Virus record (IMG/VR): IMGVR_UViG_3300034072_000926 | Coordinates: 310,001 to 374,000 of that record | Direction: 5' to 3' (one strand) | DNA length: 64,000 nucleotides | Shown here: piece after piece, positions 33,503-42,708 of the stretch | Layout of the letters: each line of letters begins with the position of its first letter | Numbering within the stretch: the first letter of the stretch is position 1 | Notes under the pieces: model-generated | Told to the model about the DNA's origin: nothing | The model's database searches: none | What the model saw: only the letters and a program-made list of their open reading frames with translations | Program-made: the position numbers and the translations under genes

Positions 33503-35593
33503 TTACTTGGCCGGGAACCAGCCCTTGCTCTTCAGCAAAGGTTCGATTTCGGCCCAGAGATTCTGCGACGAATAGCTGAATCCAGTCTCAGGATCCTCGC
33601 CCTTCCTCTTATTGATCATCTGGACATTCTCGTCATCATTCCAGTCGCCGCCGAAGTCAACGAACAGTTCGTCAAATACTGCGCCGGGAAGGTCGATGTC
33701 GTTGATGATCTCGAACTTGTCATTGAGGTAGCCCATCTGGACAAGAATACCAGTGAACTCGACGCGCTTGAACTTGTATCCAAGTCCAATGATGCGCGCA
33801 TGACGAAGACGGAAACGATCCGACCAAGAGATTGCACCTGCGCCATTCTGCGAATAGTTGTCCCATACTTCGCCACAGAACTCCGGCCACTGATCGCCGG
33901 CGTCGTGACGAATATAGGTTGCATCGACAGGAGTATCGTCGACGTCAGCCTTTGCAACAGGGCCGCTCGATACTGGAGCAAAGCTTCCGCTACCAGTCAC
34001 TGGACCCTTGAAGGACGGACGAGGGGCGTTTGCGGGCTGGCTTTTCGGCGGAACCTTGCTGGTCTGGATGGCCGGTGGGATGACCTGCACTGGAGGCGGA
34101 ACATAGGCCGGAACTGGCAGATCATAGGGGGCAGGATAGGACTGATGATCGTCAATGATCACAATCGGATGCTCTGCCCCGTCGCTATAATCCTCTTCCC
34201 ATTCTCCATCACCAAGATCAAGGTCCATGATCTTGAAGAGCTCAGAGGCGACACGAATGTTATCCATGCCGAAGAAGTTAGGCCAAGCAAGTCCCGAACC
34301 ATTGTCATAATGTTCGTAGAGCAACCAGAGCGCATGACTACGTTCCAGTTCAATGAAACCATCATAGTTATTCAGGTAGTAGGACTTCTCCCACTTTTCC
34401 TCAATCTCTTCCTGATCGTCCCACTTGCCCTCTTGTTCCAGACCTTTGACGCCCAGCGCGCGAGCAGCTTCGAGGGCGGTCTGAACAGCCGGCTCCTGTC
34501 CGGTTAGTTCGATGAAGTTGGCATTTTGTGGACCAACCGGAATGGGATTGTGATGATGCTGGACAGCGACTGTCTGAGGATTGGCGATTGCAGCCAAGTT
34601 TGCTTGGTGCTGGGCCAGTGTCACATCGTAGACGTCGATGTGATTAGCAGCTTCGCGCTTATATTCGGGCCAATCGACTTGGAAACCGGCCTTGAGGAGG
34701 TAGTCGAACGCTTCGACCATCGAGAGCGATCCGACCTCGAAAGTCTGTTCCGAAGCTTCCTGCCATTCAGCCGGGAGAAGATGATCGACCAGTCCACCGA
34801 CATGCGAATCGAACGGATCTTTTCGCGCATAGGCCATCATCGGCGTGATCCAGACCTGAACCTCGCCGTCATCTTCGCCCACGACCGCGAGGAAGTCGCT
34901 GGCCTTCGCAGAGCCATCCTCTTCCAGCCCGGTGCCATAGTAACCTCCGAGCGGACCATTGTTCTGAGGAGGAGCCTGAGGGGTTGGAGCAGCAGGTGCA
35001 GGGGTGGAATTGCTCGTCGGACTCGCTCCGAAGATCGTTGGCTGCGGAGGATTGGACGGTGAGGTCGGAGGCAGTGGAGCACCTGGATTGCCCGTCCGAT
35101 TGAGGAAGTCCGTGATCTCCTGGCTGTGGACAAAGCCGGCCTTTTTCAGCGCCATGTGGATCGTCATGCTATTGTAGGCGGAAATCTCATAGGAGAAAGA
35201 GTTCTCCATGTCTTCGCCGATTGCTGGGAAGTTGGCGAAGAAAGCCTCGAGGAGGTGCTGCTGATGCTGGTCGTAGATGTGCTTGTTCCGGTTCCAGCGA
35301 TCCTGAGGCTCGAACGAGAACATCAAATCGCCGATGACACCGGGGAACATTTCCTCACCGGGCTGGACGTTGTAGACGCCGTAGAGCCAGACATCCTTCT
35401 CCAGAATGTAAGTGGTCTCTTCCTCATCGCCAAGGCAATAGACAGTCCGATCCACTACCGCGTTGTAGAATTCTCGGTAGGTTTCACCGTTCGGGAGACG
35501 AGCCTTTTTAACTCGTTTCCAGTCATTTGCGTTGGTCTTGATGTTATAGTGGAAATAATCCACGATCGCATCTTTCCAGTCAGCACTTGCCAT
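33503..35593 (-). CDS. Large acidic multi-domain hypothetical protein with Pro-rich linkers
   Basis: 696 aa; GAAGGAG RBS; two internal P....YD.H...E..E..F...L.KAGF units. Confidence 0.8.
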   Translation of the reverse strand: MASADWKDAIVDYFHYNIKTNANDWKRVKKARLPNGETYREFYNAVVDRTVYCLGDEEETTYILEKDVWLYGVYNVQPGEEMFPGVIGDLMFSFEPQDRWNRNKHIYDQHQQHLLEAFFANFPAIGEDMENSFSYEISAYNSMTIHMALKKAGFVHSQEITDFLNRTGNPGAPLPPTSPSNPPQPTIFGASPTSNSTPAPAAPTPQAPPQNNGPLGGYYGTGLEEDGSAKASDFLAVVGEDDGEVQVWITPMMAYARKDPFDSHVGGLVDHLLPAEWQEASEQTFEVGSLSMVEAFDYLLKAGFQVDWPEYKREAANHIDVYDVTLAQHQANLAAIANPQTVAVQHHHNPIPVGPQNANFIELTGQEPAVQTALEAARALGVKGLEQEGKWDDQEEIEEKWEKSYYLNNYDGFIELERSHALWLLYEHYDNGSGLAWPNFFGMDNIRVASELFKIMDLDLGDGEWEEDYSDGAEHPIVIIDDHQSYPAPYDLPVPAYVPPPVQVIPPAIQTSKVPPKSQPANAPRPSFKGPVTGSGSFAPVSSGPVAKADVDDTPVDATYIRHDAGDQWPEFCGEVWDNYSQNGAGAISWSDRFRLRHARIIGLGYKFKRVEFTGILVQMGYLNDKFEIINDIDLPGAVFDELFVDFGGDWNDDENVQMINKRKGEDPETGFSYSSQNLWAEIEPLLKSKGWFPAK

Positions 35594-35644
35594 AAAATTC
35601 TCCTTCCACGCACCTTTAACATGGTTACAGGAAAGAGCAAGAGC

Positions 35645-35914
35645 TTAGGAAGAATATCGTATCTGAATCTGTATTGCGGCTTTTCTATCAGTAAAGATGG
35701 AAAGGGCCCACCTTACTGCCCCGTTAATGTCCCAGCCAACTTCCTGAATGGTAGTCGTGCAAGAGAATTGCTTCTCTATTTCATTACGGATGAATATAAG
35801 TTCAGGAAGAATACCATGTAAAAGAATGAAGTAGTCGAAACCAGGATCTTCTAAGAGTCCGAAGTCGCGTTGGTTTAATTGTCCGCAAGCAACAAAGTCG
35901 AGGGGAGGCTTCAT
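35645..35914 (-). CDS. Solitary FKLxW-related protein
   Basis: IFTDRKAAIQIQIRY; ATGA overlap. Confidence 0.55.
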   Translation of the reverse strand: MKPPLDFVACGQLNQRDFGLLEDPGFDYFILLHGILPELIFIRNEIEKQFSCTTTIQEVGWDINGAVRWALSIFTDRKAAIQIQIRYSS

Positions 35915-36276
35915 ACTCTGATTTCCAACTTACCAGGTTCATGGAAACAGAGCTTTAACGGTATAACAACTTCGGTCGGCATACGTATATTACAAATCGG
36001 TAACATCAAACCCACGTCTGCCATCAATACTGTCCGAATCTTCTCGTTAGTGGTATCAATGGACATACTATTCATAGAATAGTTCATAGCTATCCCAAAG
36101 TCAAACAAAGGTTGAACTAGATATCCTACCAGTTCTAATCCCCAAATATACATCATAACTGATTCGGGTTTGCTATGATCCGGCTGCGGGAGTGCAGGCG
36201 CTGCTGCTCCTAGGACTAATGAATTAGTCCATACTTCAAAATCGATATATTGATCGATTTTAGGAACAATGGTCAT
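35911..36276 (-). CDS. Hypothetical protein
   Basis: ATGA-coupled, 121 aa. Confidence 0.6.
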   Translation of the reverse strand: MTIVPKIDQYIDFEVWTNSLVLGAAAPALPQPDHSKPESVMMYIWGLELVGYLVQPLFDFGIAMNYSMNSMSIDTTNEKIRTVLMADVGLMLPICNIRMPTEVVIPLKLCFHEPGKLEIRV

Positions 36277-37061
36277 TTGCTCTTATCCGTCTTCTTCCTG
36301 AACGACCATTGATCAAAGCCGTGTTTAGCGACCTTGATCTTATCGTCAGTGATTTCAACGGTGTTCGGCCCAGCACTCGAAAGAGTCCCACCAACCCACA
36401 TTGAGAGTTCCTGGAAGGCTGTAACTGGATCGATTGCGCTCTGGAATCCAATATCTTTCAGACCATCGAAGTTCACACGATATCCAGAGTCAGCATCAGC
36501 ATAACCGGGCTGACGATATTGCATCGCAGGTTGTTCACGCTGCATCACAATACTTGCCTGATACTTGACAAGGGCTTGAATGACAGCTTCGTTGACTTCA
36601 GTGACTCGGAAGCCATCTTCAACAGTTGAACCGGTGAATTGACTCTGCGCCCAGAGGTTATGTGTATCGCACCACTTGGCGAGCTTCTCCGCAGACCAGA
36701 AATGGGTGCGGTCGATTTCGATATAGGTGCGAGCAGCGAGACGAACAATGGTCAGGCCGCGATAGATTTTCCCACAGAAAATCAAGGCATAAGGGTGGCA
36801 TTGGAAGACCACATCGTCGATGGAATCGTTCTTCCGCCAATAATCATCGGTATAGAAGCGACGACGATGACGATCCTTCCAATAGTCGTGTTCTTTCTGC
36901 TCGGCATCTTCCCAAAAGATCAGACTGGGTCCCTTCCAATGCCCGATCTCATCAATCTGACTATTAGTTAGAGCACGATTGTCTCGCACGAAAGTAATAC
37001 CAGGGTCAATGCCGTAAGCAGACGCGCTGTCATAGTAATCTTTCCCGCCGACGATCCTCAT
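36273..37061 (-). CDS. Hypothetical phage protein
   Basis: MRIVGGKDYYDS...DPVTAFQELSMWV...KHGFD..SFRK; GAGGA RBS. Confidence 0.8.
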   Translation of the reverse strand: MRIVGGKDYYDSASAYGIDPGITFVRDNRALTNSQIDEIGHWKGPSLIFWEDAEQKEHDYWKDRHRRRFYTDDYWRKNDSIDDVVFQCHPYALIFCGKIYRGLTIVRLAARTYIEIDRTHFWSAEKLAKWCDTHNLWAQSQFTGSTVEDGFRVTEVNEAVIQALVKYQASIVMQREQPAMQYRQPGYADADSGYRVNFDGLKDIGFQSAIDPVTAFQELSMWVGGTLSSAGPNTVEITDDKIKVAKHGFDQWSFRKKTDKSK

Positions 37062-37210
37062 GGGGTTTCCTCTTTATTGATGTAGACGGGCTGCGAGACA
37101 TACCCGTCCTTTTTGTTTTCTTCAGTCAACGGAGTGGTCGTGAACCGTTTGGAATTAGGATTCATCTTATTCCAGAACAGCCATCCAATCACTTCATAGG
37201 AATCACTCAT
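37058..37210 (-). CDS. Small hypothetical protein
   Basis: Start moved to ATG 37210 (MSDSYEVIGWLF). Confidence 0.5.
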   Translation of the reverse strand: MSDSYEVIGWLFWNKMNPNSKRFTTTPLTEENKKDGYVSQPVYINKEETP

Positions 37211-37385
37211 AGCCGTCTTCTCCAAGATTCCAATCACATGGTCGCTCTTCGCCGCAGCGACTGCACTTCTCATAAGCAAACGAGACTGGTGCCTTTACCA
37301 CATTGCTGGTAAAACCACCTACGCGATATGACCATGTTCCTGGCCACTTATGACCGGACCACAAACATTTCAACCAGTTAATCAC
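37203..37385 (-). CDS. Small Cys/His (Zn-binding-like) protein
   Basis: CLWSGHKW...KCSRCG. Confidence 0.6.
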   Translation of the reverse strand: MINWLKCLWSGHKWPGTWSYRVGGFTSNVVKAPVSFAYEKCSRCGEERPCDWNLGEDGYE

Positions 37386-37582
37386 ATTCTTTCCTTTGAA
37401 TCCCAGATTATAGACTCATTAACTACTCGAATGATATGACGTGAACTAGTTTCCAGGGTCAGTCGCTCAGCAGTTTCAATAGCTTTCTCTTTAGAGGATT
37501 CGGACAAAATATAGATCGGAATCCCTACTTTCCGGTTCTCATCTACGACTGTCAGGATCCAATATTGAGCCGAAGACTTCAT
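37382..37582 (-). CDS. Hypothetical protein
   Basis: ATGA overlaps at both ends. Confidence 0.6.
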   Translation of the reverse strand: MKSSAQYWILTVVDENRKVGIPIYILSESSKEKAIETAERLTLETSSRHIIRVVNESIIWDSKERM

Positions 37583-38142
37583 AAGCCCTCCGAGAGTTGT
37601 TCATATCGACTCTCGGAGATGCCGAGGGCATTCAGCCAATACTTGAAATAGAAGTCCAGTTCAAGACTTCTCGCGTGACTGTCTTTATGGTAGCGAATGA
37701 AGTCCTTCCGATTCTGAACCTTATCAGCGACCAGCATCTCATTCACGGATTGAAGAGGACTGAGCTTAATCGTTTCTATCGGATAAGCTTCCCAATCACA
37801 TTGATCTGAGGGATCTCCCCATCCAGAAATGCGCTTCCGCTGGACCTTGCCAGATAGGAAGCTATTGGCAATGTTACGATATTCCATTGCGTAGAGCACG
37901 ACAAGCGGATGCAAGTCATCACAGAGATAGAAATTCTTTTCGAGGTCAGGATTGGCCTGGAAGAGTGGATGAACAGCATAGGCTTCCATCACAACTTCAT
38001 CCGACCCGTAACGACGCAGAATTTCAATACCCTGGTCGATATGGTCGATGAGCAGAACCTGAGAACGTTCAGCTCGCCGATCGCCGTAGAACCGCTCGAT
38101 TGCTTGGTATCCGGGTGTTTCTTTGATCATATCTTTGAGCAA
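37579..38142 (-). CDS. Hypothetical protein, possible HD-like metal-dependent phosphohydrolase
   Basis: IDHID...AVHP...LVADKVQN resembles H...HD...DK..N spacing; function tentative. Confidence 0.55.
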   Translation of the reverse strand: MLKDMIKETPGYQAIERFYGDRRAERSQVLLIDHIDQGIEILRRYGSDEVVMEAYAVHPLFQANPDLEKNFYLCDDLHPLVVLYAMEYRNIANSFLSGKVQRKRISGWGDPSDQCDWEAYPIETIKLSPLQSVNEMLVADKVQNRKDFIRYHKDSHARSLELDFYFKYWLNALGISESRYEQLSEGL

Positions 38143-38435
38143 TCCTCGGTGGAGTTGAAATCGGGAACCAATTCGATTGAAACGATATGGAGATCCTTGT
38201 AGGGAATAGGCCAGATCGAGCGAATATTGGATGTGGCGTTGAAGAGTTCCATGTGACTAGGGTAGCCACTTGTCTTATCGTATTTCTTCCATACCCGAAG
38301 AGCTTTCTTTATGTTATCCGGAGAGGCATAAAGAGTCGGATCAAATGACGCGGCATGAAATGAGCGATGGCCGATAGACGAACAGAAATATCTATCCTGT
38401 GTCTCGGGATCGATATAGGCGAGGGCATACATCAT
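38127..38435 (-). CDS. Hypothetical protein
   Basis: ATGA overlap with GluRS stop. Confidence 0.6.
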   Translation of the reverse strand: MMYALAYIDPETQDRYFCSSIGHRSFHAASFDPTLYASPDNIKKALRVWKKYDKTSGYPSHMELFNATSNIRSIWPIPYKDLHIVSIELVPDFNSTEDCSKI

Positions 38436-39709
38436 AGGACGTCTCGAATCCTCATAACGGTTTCTTTCATGCCCAGCAGCAACATGACATCAAAGATGGG
38501 AGGGCTGATTGTAGAACCCGTGAGGGCAGAGCGAAGGGCTCCTGCGACCACACCCAACTTCAAGCCTTCCTGTTCTGCATAAGCCTTGACCTGCAACTCG
38601 ATGGACTCCTTGTCCCACACAAGATAGGTCAGGATCTCTTCCAAATCCTTGAGGATTCGTTTGTCCAGTTTCGACTCGGCCTTTTCCTCAATCATGATGG
38701 GACGACTGCGCCAAAGAAAGAACGTTCCCTGTGCCAGCGCATTCAAGTCTGCGCTGCGCTCCATGAGAACAGGGATAGCACGCTCTAAGAGCTCCTTGTC
38801 GTAAGTGAAGCCCCAGCGGTCTAGTCGCGTAACGGATTCGTTTAAGAGAACGTCGACGGGACTCTGACGAATATAGTTGCCGTTGATATTGGCGAGCTTT
38901 TTCTTGTCGAGTCTTGCCGGATTGCGATTGACATCCTTGATGTCGAACCACTCAATGGCCTGCTCGATTGTGAAGAACTCGTCGTCGCCATGACCCCAGC
39001 CCAGCTTCGCGAGATAGTTGATCATCGCTTCGGGCAGGATACCAAGTTCATCCCGATAATCCTCGACCGCAGCCGCGCCAGTTCGCTTGCTGAGTTTCTT
39101 TCCATCCTCGCCGTGAATCAGAGGAATGTGACCGTAGGTTGGAAGGTCCCAGTCCATCGCTTTATAGATCGAGTTCTGACGGAAGGCATTGTTGAGGTGA
39201 TCGTCACCCCGAATCACATGAGTGATTCCCATGTCATAGTCGTCCACAACGACAGCCAGCATATAGGTAGGAGTGCCGTCGCCGCGCAAGATCACAAAGT
39301 CGTCAATGTCTTGGGGCCAGGTTACAGAACCCTGGACAAGGTCCTCGATGGTCTGGGAGCCTTTGATCCCACGAACACGAAGCGGCTGAGGACTTCCATC
39401 CTCCTTAATATCACTGTCGGAGTAATAGGCAAAGCCTCGCTCAAGCATCGCGTAGGCAACCTCGCGATGGCGATCTGCTCGCTCACTCTGCAAGACGACC
39501 TGTCCATCATGTTGGAGGCCCAGCCATTCCATCCCACCATAGATTGCCTGAACGGCTTCTGGCGTATTGCGGGCTTTGTCAGTATCTTCGATGCGAAGGA
39601 GGAATTCTCCACCCATATGCTTCGCATAGAGATAGTTGAATAGAGCCGTGCGAGCGCCTCCAATATGGAGATAGCCTGTAGGCGATGGTGCAAATCTTGT
39701 CCTAATCAT
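38432..39709 (-). CDS. gltX: Glutamate--tRNA ligase (class I aminoacyl-tRNA synthetase)
   Basis: RTRFAPSPTGYLHIGGARTALFN, LRIEDTD, ITHVIRGDDHLNN, KKLSKR, anticodon domain LRSALTG...SPPIFDV..LLG. Confidence 0.97.
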   Translation of the reverse strand: MIRTRFAPSPTGYLHIGGARTALFNYLYAKHMGGEFLLRIEDTDKARNTPEAVQAIYGGMEWLGLQHDGQVVLQSERADRHREVAYAMLERGFAYYSDSDIKEDGSPQPLRVRGIKGSQTIEDLVQGSVTWPQDIDDFVILRGDGTPTYMLAVVVDDYDMGITHVIRGDDHLNNAFRQNSIYKAMDWDLPTYGHIPLIHGEDGKKLSKRTGAAAVEDYRDELGILPEAMINYLAKLGWGHGDDEFFTIEQAIEWFDIKDVNRNPARLDKKKLANINGNYIRQSPVDVLLNESVTRLDRWGFTYDKELLERAIPVLMERSADLNALAQGTFFLWRSRPIMIEEKAESKLDKRILKDLEEILTYLVWDKESIELQVKAYAEQEGLKLGVVAGALRSALTGSTISPPIFDVMLLLGMKETVMRIRDVL

Positions 39710-39750
39710 AGGCACATTATTGCACCAAAGTGATTAGGTGTCTAGTCCTT

Positions 39751-39924
39751 TTAATGAAAGACTGAAGCGATCGTAACTGCCATTATGAGAGTGAATAGAG
39801 CAGAAAAGATCGCAAGGCCGCCACAAAGGTCAAAGCGAGGATAGGGTGCGCCGATAATCATCATGGCGTTAACGACTGTGGAGGCAAAGCCGAGATATAA
39901 TAGGATGAGACAGAATGTTTCCAT
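39751..39924 (-). CDS. Small 2-TM membrane protein (57 aa, below the ORF-track cutoff)
   Basis: Hand-translated METFCLILLYLGF...IASVFH; ATG directly after upstream TAA. Confidence 0.6.
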   Translation of the reverse strand: METFCLILLYLGFASTVVNAMMIIGAPYPRFDLCGGLAIFSALFTLIMAVTIASVFH

Positions 39925-40230
39925 TTACATTGCACTCTTTAGACGCCAAGCAATCCTACCATGATAATAGCCGGTGCCATCAGGTTCAAGTGTCACGGCA
40001 CCAATCTTGCTCGTCGGATAACGATATGCAATCCGCTTACCGTTAATTGGGGAGATTTCTACATAGCTGCACCAGGACTCGCCTCTCTCATCTTCGATGA
40101 TGATAATGTCCTCACCGCACATCTCACGAACCCAGCAGTGAAACCTTTCTGAGGTCGAATAGACACCGAAGAAAACGACAGAGCCGACAACGGTGAAGAA
40201 GAAAGTGAAGAAGATAAGAAAGCCGAGCAT
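39925..40230 (-). CDS. Membrane-anchored hypothetical protein
   Basis: N-terminal TM helix; TAATG overlap. Confidence 0.65.
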   Translation of the reverse strand: MLGFLIFFTFFFTVVGSVVFFGVYSTSERFHCWVREMCGEDIIIIEDERGESWCSYVEISPINGKRIAYRYPTSKIGAVTLEPDGTGYYHGRIAWRLKSAM

Positions 40231-40613
40231 TATTCAGACACCTGGATTGCCTTGGGACGACCATCTTCGCCAATGTGGACAAAGATATACATCGCTTCAC
40301 AGACCTTGGTTGCCTCGCCCGTGCAACCGGCCATCGCATAGGTGCAGACCATGACGTGCATCGAAGTCGTGCCTTGCTTCTTGATGTCTGCGTAGATCAC
40401 GACTTCGTCACCGACATGAACAGGAGCGAGAAACTTGAATCCCTCAACTGCAACTGTTACCGTGCGGCCGCCTGCTCGACGCTTAGAGACTGCGCCAGCG
40501 GCCAAGTCCATCTGGCTCATTAGCCATCCACCGAAGATATCACCGTCAGGATTGGTATCACTGGGCATTGCGGTGAGGATGCGAACGGGCTTGCGGTCTG
40601 TGATTTGTGTCAT
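40230..40613 (-). CDS. Acyl-CoA thioesterase (hotdog fold, YciA-like)
   Basis: AMPSDTNPDGDIFGGWLMSQMDLAAG...TVTVAVEGFKFLAPVHVGD. Confidence 0.92.
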   Translation of the reverse strand: MTQITDRKPVRILTAMPSDTNPDGDIFGGWLMSQMDLAAGAVSKRRAGGRTVTVAVEGFKFLAPVHVGDEVVIYADIKKQGTTSMHVMVCTYAMAGCTGEATKVCEAMYIFVHIGEDGRPKAIQVSE

Positions 40614-40660
40614 AGAGCGACAATGCGATGCCTAGCAGCACCGCGTCAATAAATATGGGC

Positions 40661-40981
40661 ATGGACAGGAAAGATAATCGCACCGCGCTTCGTGAATCTA
40701 TGGACCAGCTCGATGAGCTCATGGGATTCAAGTCACCACTCTCATTTGGTAAGAAGACAGAACCATCTGATACTGAAGTAGAAGTTGCAAAGGATCGTCG
40801 TCTTGCCGCGGCAACAAGTCGAGCAAACGATGAAAAGAAAAGCTACGGATTCCTCCGTAGCCTTAAGTCCAAGGTCTTTGGTAAGAAAGAAGTCGAGCAG
40901 GAACCAGAGTTCAAGCATGAACCAAGGTCGTTCGATGATCGCCTAGCTGATCTTAAGAATAGGGCGAACAAGGGAGTATGA
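40661..40981 (+). CDS. Hypothetical protein (late, possibly leaderless)
   Basis: TAAATA at 40650-40655, ATG 6 nt later; charged helical sequence. Confidence 0.6.
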   Translation: MDRKDNRTALRESMDQLDELMGFKSPLSFGKKTEPSDTEVEVAKDRRLAAATSRANDEKKSYGFLRSLKSKVFGKKEVEQEPEFKHEPRSFDDRLADLKNRANKGV

Positions 40982-40994
40982 TTCCCTTTAACCT

Positions 40995-41198
40995 TCACTC
41001 TTTCTTATTCTGGATCGCTTCCCGAATGTCATCCAGGTAACCCACAATAATCAGCAGGATGCCGACCATTAGCGACGGCGAGAATTCAAGGACAGCCTTG
41101 ATGGACTGCTCAGTATTGAGTTGGTGAAGAACCAACGTGACGAGTATGATGTAAAGGAAGCCGAATACTCGACTGATTTGAGCCGCCCAACTAATCAT
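40995..41198 (-). CDS. Small 2-TM membrane protein
   Basis: Two hydrophobic segments. Confidence 0.65.
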   Translation of the reverse strand: MISWAAQISRVFGFLYIILVTLVLHQLNTEQSIKAVLEFSPSLMVGILLIIVGYLDDIREAIQNKKE

Positions 41199-41535
41199 TA
41201 TATTTCCTCTTCAGGACTTCGAGCAATGCTCGCTCACGCCGTTCGATTTCCTTCGGCGTCTTCATCGTTCGTTCCTGTGGGATTGCCATGAGGAACAGAA
41301 ACAGCCAGAGAATGATCGCAACAATAGGCATGGCATAAAATGCCGTGTCGTGTGCTGCCTGATAGTCCGCAATAGCCTGAGGTGTTGCCTTGGGCCCTGG
41401 TTCGATCAAGAGAACCTTGACCATTGCCCAACTCATAAGCGGAGTAACAGGGACGATAAAGAGCAGCCATCGCCAGAACTTCCATGCCCTCTTGACGCAT
41501 TCGCCCCAGCTTGGAACATCATCGGGGCGGCTCAT
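41191..41535 (-). CDS. 2-TM membrane protein
   Basis: Two hydrophobic segments; ATGA overlap. Confidence 0.7.
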   Translation of the reverse strand: MSRPDDVPSWGECVKRAWKFWRWLLFIVPVTPLMSWAMVKVLLIEPGPKATPQAIADYQAAHDTAFYAMPIVAIILWLFLFLMAIPQERTMKTPKEIERRERALLEVLKRKYND

Positions 41536-41747
41536 AGCTTGAATCCCATCCTTGCCATCACGGCCATTGGATTCTCGGCAGGGAACCAGTCGATTCCAGT
41601 GTTGCCGGCGGCTTTTTCCACGGCATTGCGACGTTTTGCCTCGGCAACCGCTTCCTCTTCAGTCAAGTCGACCGCGTTGGAAGTGAAACTGGTGCCGTTA
41701 TTCTTGGCAACATCGACGCCGGACATTACGATCCAGTCCTTGTTCAT
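41532..41747 (-). CDS. Hypothetical protein
   Basis: Start moved to ATG 41747 (TGATG overlap). Confidence 0.65.
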   Translation of the reverse strand: MNKDWIVMSGVDVAKNNGTSFTSNAVDLTEEEAVAEAKRRNAVEKAAGNTGIDWFPAENPMAVMARMGFKL

Positions 41748-41929
41748 CAGTTCTTCTCCCTGATCTCTTCCTCGGTCAACGGTGCCTCGGCAAGACACTG
41801 AAGCGCACGATGCAGATCGCCTGCCATGCTCATCGGATTCTGCGCAGGGTCTCGTTTGAGCGCAGCGCGAATATAAGCCGCTGCGCTCTCGAGGCTATCC
41901 TGGCTAACGGTGATCTGCCGTTCAACCAT
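41747..41929 (-). CDS. Hypothetical protein
   Basis: 60 aa, tiles the operon. Confidence 0.6.
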   Translation of the reverse strand: MVERQITVSQDSLESAAAYIRAALKRDPAQNPMSMAGDLHRALQCLAEAPLTEEEIREKN

Positions 41930-42290
41930 GACTGGGCATCACGGTGTCGGCGAGCTTGGCGAAGACCAGCTGCTTCTGGAAGCTCTTGGTGAAGTTGGGA
42001 TAGATCTTTTCGATCTCGGGATACTGGTCGTCCTGATGATCACAGGAAACACGAGCATATCCGCGCTTGCGGATCTTGTCGAGAGCCTTGTCGCTCAGTT
42101 CATCGTCAGCATACCGACCCTCGTGGATCTGGAATCGGAGGAACTTCTTCTCGTCCGATTCAGCACGTCGACCCCAGAAACTATAGAGTCGACCCTCGAC
42201 CTCACCATAGCCCCAGATCTTGTCCGAGCCACGCTTGCCGGCTTTTTCGTCCTTGCACCAGAGGTAGGCGCGAATGGTAAACTTTGCCAT
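41922..42290 (-). CDS. WGR-like domain protein
   Basis: SDKIWG...YSFWGR...K.RKRGY resembles the WGR domain; own promoter cassette. Confidence 0.6.
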   Translation of the reverse strand: MAKFTIRAYLWCKDEKAGKRGSDKIWGYGEVEGRLYSFWGRRAESDEKKFLRFQIHEGRYADDELSDKALDKIRKRGYARVSCDHQDDQYPEIEKIYPNFTKSFQKQLVFAKLADTVMPSHG

Positions 42291-42340
42291 AAACGATCTC
42301 CTTTACCGCGCCAGTATAGCAGAATAAAGGAGACAGTCTA
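42291..42340 (-). promoter_or_regulatory. Early promoter/RBS cassette with dyad around -10
   Basis: TAGAC-N17-TATACT; arms tctccttta/taaaggaga (9 bp, includes RBS). Confidence 0.75.
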
Positions 42341-42347
42341 CCACTTT

Positions 42348-42647
42348 TTAGGCATCTTTCAATTCTGCCTTTGCTGCGCGGATTGCAGAAACAATGTCGA
42401 GGCCAGCGGCTTTATGCTTCTTGACCAGTTCGGTCAACTTCTGCGCGGCTTCGGGATCGTGAGGTTCGAACTCCCGATACTCAACATTATGTTCATGTGC
42501 CCAGAGGCGACCGTGTTCCTCTGCATAGAGCAGCACAGAGAAGCTCGTATAGTAGGCTTCGCGGTCACCGCCGTCTGGGCCTGGGAAATACATGGTAGGG
42601 AGATAGCCGCCTGCAGTCTCTTCGATCTTCACAAATGCCTTGCACAT
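42348..42647 (-). CDS. Hypothetical protein
   Basis: Own cassette promoter and RBS. Confidence 0.75.
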   Translation of the reverse strand: MCKAFVKIEETAGGYLPTMYFPGPDGGDREAYYTSFSVLLYAEEHGRLWAHEHNVEYREFEPHDPEAAQKLTELVKKHKAAGLDIVSAIRAAKAELKDA

Positions 42648-42702
42648 CTTTGATCTCCCGTTGTCTACCTACCCACTTTAGCAGAATAGGTGACAACGTC
42701 AA
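42648..42702 (-). promoter_or_regulatory. Early promoter/RBS cassette with dyad around -10
   Basis: TTGAC-N17-TAAAGT; arms cgttgtc+accta/taggt+gacaacg. Confidence 0.8.
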
Positions 42703-42708
42703 CCACTT

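Noticed and set aside
33362-35821. Long plus-strand ORFs (33362-34507, 34526-35062, 35126-35821; likewise 38990-39643, 41910-42653, 57397-57954)
   Set aside because: Antisense shadows of GC3-rich minus-strand genes; they lack RBS and promoter support and any recognisable motif.
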